From: Trichoplax sp. H2
Taxonomy: Eukaryota
Direction: 5' to 3'
Assembly: GCA_003344405.1 (NCBI GenBank)
Contig: NOWV01000206.1
Location: 1 to 64,000 of the forward strand
Length of the DNA stretch: 64,000 bases
Part shown: positions 55,601 through 64,000 of the stretch, piece by piece
How the letters are laid out: each line of letters begins with the position of its first letter
Numbering within the stretch: the first letter of the stretch is position 1
Made by a program: the position numbers and the translations under genes
Notes under the pieces: model-generated
Seen by the model: the letters and a program-made list of their open reading frames with translations, nothing else
Told to the model about the DNA's origin: nothing
Databases searched by the model: none

Positions 55601-58600
55601 TTTAACATGCTGTCGCGAGTTTTGAAATCATTTTTACACATAGTGATAGTGTGATCAACTTACGCTAATAACAATACAAGGCACTTAAATTATCCACTCT
55701 ATTCTATTTTAAGTTACAAATGATTGAGTTGATCACCAATAAAGTATTTGTTAGTCATCACAGATTGATAACAGCACTAGTTTAGCATCATTAATAACAA
55801 CACTGTGATCTAGCAAAGGATAACTGTGAGATTATTTTGAGCAAGGTTACTTATGCTAAGATAATTGACTACTGTTGATGATATTGTTGTTGTTGGATCT
55901 TTAAAATAATTTCATTGAAATGGCAGAATCTCAATACAATTAATTCATTTACATTTTTCCTTTTCTCTGTTAAAAAATGGACTGGTTTTAAATTAACCTA
56001 AATCATTATAATTGAACTCAAATGATAAAGCAAATGGAATCAATTGAAAGATTAGGTCCAATGTCGCTATGAAACACGACGGCACCTGCATTTTTTATTT
56101 AATTCTTCCCTGAATGATGAATCGTTTTCTTCTTTCTACAATTTTTAAACGAATTAAAAAAAAGTAATGAGGGGATAGTAGAATTTCTTTCTTGTAACGC
56201 TAACTCTATCAATAGACGTTCTATCTGATATCAAGTATCGTAGATCTTTCCGTGTTAGTCCTACTTTTCTAAATTATTTGGGCAATGTGGAAGACATAGC
56301 TTAAAAAAGTAGCTTTTAACATTGTTTCGTATGAGTGTGCTGTATACCAAGCAATAAACATAGGTAAATCGTATTAGCGAGATTACATTCGTTTATGAAG
56401 AGAATAATACCTAATTAAATCATGAGCAAAAAGAGTATTCTTCACTATGATCTTGGGCTACGTAGATCAAACGATAGTGGTATCTGATCTAATTAGTGTT
56501 AACCTAAAGTTTATCAACAAACTGTACGAGTTTATATCACTATAAACGGGTGTGCCTTAAAGCAATGAAAGGTAATGAAAGCATTACTAATCTTTAAAAT
56601 AGAGATCAATATCAACAATCTATTCCAAATTATTTATTTTACTTTTGAAGACGTCGTCACATCGAGCCATCTCAATCGAAATACCATCACATAAATCATT
56701 TTCAAACGTTCCATATCAACTGAAGATACTATAGATCAATCCTTATCTTCCGCTTCTTTATCATACTACTATAATTTTAGTGTATTATTTAATCATCTAA
56801 AAAATTTACTTTAATTTATACTAAATTTGTACAACTATAATCCAAAGATAAACTCCGCATCTGATTAATTTCAACAAAAGTTTAAATACCGTTGTAAATG
56901 GTATTCTAATCTGAGTAGCTTGAAAGTTTTACTGATTTTAAATTAATTTTCAATACAATATTGGGCAAAAGATAAATAGAAAACCATGCTTTGCTACTGG
57001 CTAGCTATCATACTAGCCAAAAGTAAATCTGAGTGGATCACTTAATTCGAGTTATTTACTCATAACTTGATGTGATATTAAAAGATGCAAAAATTTTTTA
57101 TACTTTTAGCAACATGCAGGTACTAACGTCGAGGATAGAGCTTTCTATTCTCAATAACTATTTGACATTACTATAACCAACAGCTGCACTAATTTGAAGT
57201 TTAGTCAATCTTCGCATGGTGAGACAAGTACAATACTTCGCATTGAATCTGTCCATACATTCAAAGTATGATTCAATATCTGTCGATACCAATCGAGTGA
57301 AAAGTGTTCCACTTGATTTAATGACATAATGACGTGATCAATGTTGCCGATTGGTAATTGAATAGACTACGGTAAATTAAAGAAAGGAAATAATATATTA
57401 TGGAACGTGAAAACAGTAATTATATCTATATAGATAACAGTAAAGTAAATTAGATCACAGATGCAGGTGGTCTCTTTGTTGAAATTCTTTTAATCAACAA
57501 GAGTAGCTATATAATATCGTCAAGTCATGCGACATTTACTTGTAATTGTTTAATTATTAGGATCGGAAGTAGTTGTGATAAAAGAATGCTTACTAATTGG
57601 ATGCTAATACTGATAGTAGTCAAGGATTGTGAATATTCTGCATTTGTAAGAAATCAATGGGCATCTAGTTGAATCTGTTTCGAGGCAAATCCGTTGTATA
57701 TCACATATTCGCCTTTAGTTTGTACAAGATGCTCTTAACAACATCATGAAATTACCCTGACGTATCCAGTTAGGGATTTGAACTGGATAATCTAACATAC
57801 GTAATCTAAATATTTTTTAAATACGTTAGAAATTCCTGTGTATCTTTAAAATATCGATCATACTAATTTAATGAAAAGTAGGTAAGAGTACAGATACATC
57901 CTAAGAGTGTGTTCTAAGTATTCCGGAAGTACAAAATACTCTATACATTTGATTTCAAGTTCTGCCAATGTCTCGGTCTCTAATATCCAACTTTCCGGAT
58001 AGTTTTGAGGCAAAAATACTACTTAAAGTACGTCAAATATATATGTATCCTTGAAATTGAGCCTTAGTAATTTAAAAGAATAGTTGCTGTCACTATATAG
58101 AAGATCTATTGATAGCATTGTCTACATCTAATTTATTAAAATTGATTATTGGTGGTACTAAAACACGGATATACTCCAGTTTTATAAATTAGCTCTGTTT
58201 CCATATCGAATTGAAATTCTAAATTGCTACATGTTATTAATAATGCTAACGGTACGACACATATAAATCCTTAAAATCGAACTTCAATCTTAAATTTAAA
58301 ATAAGTATTTTTTATGATTATGTAAGATCGAAAAATTGTAATATCTTCATATAATATAGTAAAATTTTTATTAACAACGTAGACACTGACATATATTTTT
58401 TTATAAAGTTTGATTTATTTCCTTACTAAACTAAAATTTTAAGTTACAATGTGATATTCGATGATCCTTAAGATACGACACAATTTCTGTAGCTAATAAA
58501 AATTTGCCACTCATAACCCTAACCAACTATTTACAATATCTTACCAGTTCATAAATTATGCGCATAATAATTCTTAATGCTATGCAATTCATTGGTTTCG

Positions 58601-61600
58601 CCGGATCTGTTATTCAGTACATCTTACAATCCTAACTTTGCCGAAAGTCAAAGTCTTGTTTTGAAATAACTTGTTAGTATGAGGGTATGAAAATCAACGG
58701 AAAATAATGATAGTAGGCCTAAATAGTTTGGCAAAGATTGCTATAAATTATAAATGAAGCCTTCGCTAAGTTGAAACCAATTATCAAATTAAATACTAAA
58801 TAATGAATTATTCAAGACGCTAAGAAACCATATTCTAAAGTCAACAGCTATTTTATTATTTCAAAACTTAATAATTCTGTCACATTTCATCAGCAAAATA
58901 CAGACGTTAGGGTAATCTTCGATTTGATGTGCTATTTTTGCCATTAAACATACTATATTGAAATAGTTCCTTGAATTTTTAATTTTCCAATATTAAAGGA
59001 TACGCGTCAATTAAAGAGCAATTTTTATATTTTCAAATTGATTTATTTTAATATATAAACGTAAGGGAATATAATTAACCTCATCATAAACGCTTAAAAG
59101 CACGTATAATTTCTTTAATACTTCTTCTGTTATGTTCTCCTTTTGCCCTTTCCAACATGCTAACATTACAAAAATTCATAATTTTCTAACCGTAATAAAT
59201 ACGCGCTGAAGACCTATTTTATATTTTCAAACTGATTTATTTACGATCTTAATAAAAATGAAGGGAATATAGCTACCCCATTGCCAATATCTAAATATGC
59301 GCATAGTTTATTTAAGATATCTAGTGTCTCTCCTGCTATGTTCCCGTTTCGTGCTTCCGATATACCATTATTGCCAAAGTACACGTTATGTTACGACATG
59401 CTACTTATAATTAAAAATTGCAGAAGCTACGATTGTATGACTGACTATAATGTGTCATTTAAACATGTTAAAATTTTATCAAATTGTAAGAACTTTACCT
59501 AGTTTATATCATTAATAGTTTAACTTCACATCATTAATAGAGATAGGCTATAATTAGAGTATGAGTTTAGATCTATTGCATTAATGGCCAAGCTAAGAAA
59601 AATACAATGGCATAACTATTATTACAGGATTCATTCCGCGATGAACTCTAGCTTACTCTTGTTGTCGTATAAATGACAGAAATTTAAAATTGTTGTCTTA
59701 ATCCACTTTTCTGTTAAATATGAGTTGCGTGCTATCAATTAATTTTATAAAAATAGGATAAAGCCATACCTTCATTTCAGTATATTATTGCCCTAAAATA
59801 TCACGAGTTAATTCTGTAATATTAGCACTTTCGAGAGTTTTGTGACATTAGTAATTCATTTCCGTAAGTTGGACAGTAAGCGGCACAATAATAGAAACAG
59901 TATTAATGAATAAGATATAAGTTCAATTTGCCGTAACAATGTGGTGTGAAATGAAAGCAAAATTAAAACTGATAGATCAATAATCGTGATTATATGAAAT
60001 ATTTAAGGAGGTGAAAACAAAGTTATATTGTTTATGACATAGTCAACAAAATGTAAACATGCGGTTTATACTAAATGATGCCTGTCAAATGAAATCCTTT
60101 CAAAAGTGTACTCAGAATGAGAATATCATTAATTAAAAACTTAGAGCACAGAAATAGCGTAACTGTTTTTTACTTCATATTATACTTTCAAAGGCTGATT
60201 CTTCACAATGTGATGCCAGTGAATTGATTATGATTGAGGTTAAAAAAATTCTGCTTGGCCACTCTACTATGAAATATTAAGCAATGAGCAGATTTCATAA
60301 CAAATTTGTAGCTATTGGTTTCATCTCTGCAGTTAAGAATCTTAAATTGTATAGAAGAATGTAAAATTGATTTATTCAATGCAACCTTCTGGTACAGGTG
60401 ATAAAATTTCTAGTTTATTTTTTGTGTTAAAAACTTGAACCAAGTATCAAGAAATAGAACAGAATTATAATATATGAAAGATGCTGCGAATTCAATAGGA
60501 ATAGTATTTACTTATTTATATTATCTGATAGCTTAAAATACTGCTATACTTTTCTATAAATTATTTATTGGTATGAAAATTTATCGAAAACGAAAATAGA
60601 CATTTGAAGTTGACATTGACAACATTTATATATATTCAATTGCTCCATAAATTAAATACAATTAATTGCGTAGTATTTCACAACGTATGGCTAGTTAAAT
60701 TAAGAGTTGCCAGTAAATTTAAGGAAGTTCTCTGTCTTCATTCCAATTTTAGTATACTATTTCGCCTTGTCTCGGATGGCATGCCTTAACTAACCAACTC
60801 TACGATTGTTGGCCATTACAAAGTCCAAATGAGTATAATATGATTCCTTGTAATGGTTAGTTATTATTAGATTTTCAAGATGTTCCGTGTACAATAGAAA
60901 TCGAAATCAATCTTGCATGTTTATTGCAATGAGCGATATTGAATCCCTCTTTAATGATGTTATTAGGCTTGAGAATGAACTGGTTTGGTGCTCGTATTGA
61001 CTCAGTTCGATCTGCAGAAGAATTTAATGTCTCTTTCAGAATTACGGCATCGGATGGATTTTATCAGTATATTGTAAATAGAGGATTTTACCCAGGGTAA
61101 GTATTGCAAAGCAACTACTGCAGCAAGCAAACTATTTATTATTTCGCTAGCGATGTATAAGTTAGGCGATGTTCATCTAGAAATTAAATCTCTGTCTTGA
61201 ATATCATATAAATTTATAGACTATCAGTCTATTAATTCGATTTATTTTTACCTCATTATGTACCGAAATAAACAGAAATTGGACCCAAGCCAAGAATTGG
61301 TGTGAAAGCGTTGAATGCCCTAGTGCAGAAGTTGCAACTGAAGATAATTGCTGTTTGCATCATGTCAATCTCCATTCCTGTCCGAGAACTCAAGTAAGTA
61401 GAACATCGATACTGGATCCGATTAATCGCTTTTTCGGAGACCATATTTATTTTCTTGGCTTGGAATAAAAAATTATGTAATCCTTAATGATGCTATTATG
61501 ATTTATATGAAAATTTGTTGTGCTTCGATTGTGAATGGGTAAAATAATATTCATTTATTTTAATTCTGTTTTCCACCTTTCGTAGTTAAGCTCTCGAAAT

Positions 61601-64000
61601 GCAACCATTTGTGGGCCCTGGATTGGCCCTCAGGGTAGTATATTTACTCATACACCATCAAAAGTCGATAACATGAGCCATCAGAACTGGACTCTCCCTC
61701 TGACATTATTCACTGCCGGTCATACTTCATTAATTGCTCATATTCGAATATTCAAAGTGCAAATTGCACTTCATACAACATTAGAAGTTTTACCAAGCAC
61801 TGGTAATTGCCTAATCTACTTTATAGTATTATGATAAAATCGTAGTTATAATAAGCATCTAAAGAAAATAGGATTGCAACCTCTTTGACTTATTGTTTGT
61901 AAATGCGGTCTAAATTAAGCAAGTAAAGCCAAATATGAATATCTTTCAATTTCTTATATCTTAATTAATATTAAAGTTTGCGGTGATGGAGTCTGTAATG
62001 GAACAGAAACTTGTAAGTGACGTAGTATTGTATCAAATATTGTATCTAATGCTGAATATATGTAGACATAATGTTCGAGTTGATAAATCTGCTGGCTTAT
62101 ATAGTATTTTTATCGGTTTTAAAAACTATTTATTTCCAGGTGAAACATGCCGTAGTGATTGTGGACTATGTATGAGTATAATTGCGGCTATAGTTGTTCC
62201 GTGTGCTCTCTTGATGGTCAGTGGCATAGCCGCAATATCGGTAAGTTTTTACTTTAATGATGCAAACTTTTTCGTAGTTACTTTGCATGATAATGGTTAT
62301 CATCACTATTGGTATAATTATTCGATGTATTTGCAGTGGATATATTATCAGAAACGTAAATTGTTTTGGGATGAAAGTTGGATCATTAATCATGAAGAAA
62401 TTCGACCGGGTAACGTAGTTGATAGTGTCTACGAACTCGATTATAATTTTACTAGTTCAGGCTGCCAAATATTTCTAAAGAAATAACTTGAAGGACCTCT
62501 CTCTGTCCTATTTCAAGATTTTACCCGACATTGCTTATGGGTTTCATATTTTTTCTAATCTTACCAATCAATATTACTATTTCATCACTTAGATACTGGT
62601 GTGCGCAACGCTTTAGGTAGTCTTGCTAGTATGGCTAATCCAGGCTCATTACAAGGTCAAAATGTGCAGGTTTTCACTGAAACAGGCATTTAGTAAGTAC
62701 TTGATATGGTAATTACTAGCTTGATACACCAAGAATAATCCATTTTTAATTATTTAAATACTGCTCATAGTAGTAATTCTTTTAAGCTAATTGACTGTGC
62801 CACCTTGTGTAACGATCATTCGATACTATCCATAAAATATAATTTATCGAAATTGCAAAATAGAATTACTAGTTCACATTTGTCTTTCTACTTGTGTTCT
62901 ACTACAGTAAAAGTAAAGTAGTAGCTATCAAGAAAATTCTCAAGAATACCTTTGGTATTACTATGGATGTTAGAAGAGAGGTTCGGCAATTGAGGTAATT
63001 ATAAATGATTTGTACCCTAATATAGCTGTTTATTATGCAATTTCATTGGAGAAATTTTAAATCAGTATTGACAATAACAACTATACAACCTAATCGTATA
63101 CTGTTCATGCACGTAAAATATTTCCATCATCACAAATTATACCTTCCATAATAATAATTTTCGTTAGTTTAAGCTGGTACATTGTTATTACATTGCCACC
63201 ATTAATAATAATATTAGATTAGGATATAATTAAAAGGAATACGTAAAGTTATCTGATCGGTTCGCTTAATTAATGATGTTATTGCCGAACTTAATTCTAG
63301 TCGAAAACGTGAAATAAATTGTTTTAGAGTTTCTCACTCAGTAAAAAGTGGAAATTGCGTATATAGTAATGAAGCCTAACCTAAATTATTTTTATTATCG
63401 TCATATAGGGAACTAGAACATAACAATCTTTGTAAATTTGTTGGTGCTTCTATCGATATTCCATACGTATACATCCTTACAGAATACTGCCCTAAAGGCA
63501 GTTTATACGATGTATTGCAGAACGATGATGTCCCACTAAACTGGTCCTTCAGGATATCTTTTGCAGCTGATATTGCACGTGGAATGGCCTACCTACATTC
63601 TAGAAAGTTATTTCATGGTCGCTTAAAGTCATCAAATTGTTGCATTGACGACAGATGGACAATTAAAATAACAGGTGATTGTTTTAACGTGGTCAATTTT
63701 AAATCGTTATATGTGAAGTTAGGTAGATTACACTTTGTAGATTACTGTAAAACGCGAATATAATGACGATCGGTTGATGGTTTAGATAATTAGATGCTTA
63801 GGTATAACCATTTAACCGCAAAATAGCATAAACTAACCAGTATTCATATTTTATATCGCGTTATATAAGATTTTGGGGTACCAATATTACGAAAAGTGGA
63901 TACGAAAATAAAAAATATCGAAATGAATGAATATGAAAACAGCGACTCCAAACGAAGATATGAGAGAGTTTATTTACCTCCAGAATTGCTACATTATGAC
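52699..64000 (+). CDS. Receptor-type (membrane) guanylyl cyclase-like protein: signal peptide, Cys-rich ectodomain, TM helix, kinase-homology domain; 3' part lies beyond the window
   Basis: Exons 52699-52740 (putative), 60753-60855, 60967-61096, 61276-61393, 61586-61802, 61977-62012, 62140-62240, 62337-62409, 62593-62692, 62908-62994, 63409-63674 and 63870 to the end have consistent phases. TM helix IIAAIVVPCALLMVSGIAAISWIYY followed by QKRK. KHD motifs VAIKK, ELEHNNLCKFVG, TEYCPKGSLYDVL, DIARGMAYLH, HGRLKSSNC (no catalytic Asp, typical of rGC pseudokinase domains) and KITDFG. The cyclase domain is not in the window. Confidence 0.85.
59020..59380. repeat. Old degenerate ~195-bp tandem duplication within rGC intron 1
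   Basis: ttttatattttcaaa(t/c)tgatttattt...aagggaatata...tatgttc(t/c)c occurs near 59022 and 59217. Confidence 0.6.

Noticed and set aside
60967..61096. Cadherin-like appearance of FRITASDG in the rGC ectodomain
   Set aside because: The other cadherin Ca2+-binding motifs (LDRE, DxNDN, DxD) are absent.
63409..64000. Active receptor tyrosine kinase
   Set aside because: The catalytic loop is HGRLKSSN without the HRD Asp and there is no Gly-rich loop; this is the rGC kinase-homology pattern.

Overview
AT-rich, intron-dense eukaryotic (animal) genomic DNA. The compact short-intron architecture suggests an early-branching metazoan such as a placozoan (Trichoplax-like); this is an inference. Positions 1-38 kb hold a compact housekeeping cluster: CAD (-, about 43 exons), CCDC25 (+), MRGBP/Eaf7 (-), a small 89-aa gene whose N-terminus is absent from the ORF track and which resembles the fungal NUUM / plant KFYI-type (NDUFC1-position) complex I subunit (+), TOPORS (-, with a U12-type first intron) and DIMT1 (+). 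A ~14.7 kb stretch with no recognisable gene follows, then the 5' part of a receptor guanylyl cyclase-type gene (+, 52699 to window end) with a short Cys-rich ectodomain unlike the usual ANF-receptor fold. CAGTA/TACTG arrays sit upstream of every housekeeping gene. A ~0.75 kb duplication around a 20-N gap is probably an assembly artefact. Gene models were built by hand from GT-AG sites and exon phase; family assignments come from recalled homologous sequences, not database searches.
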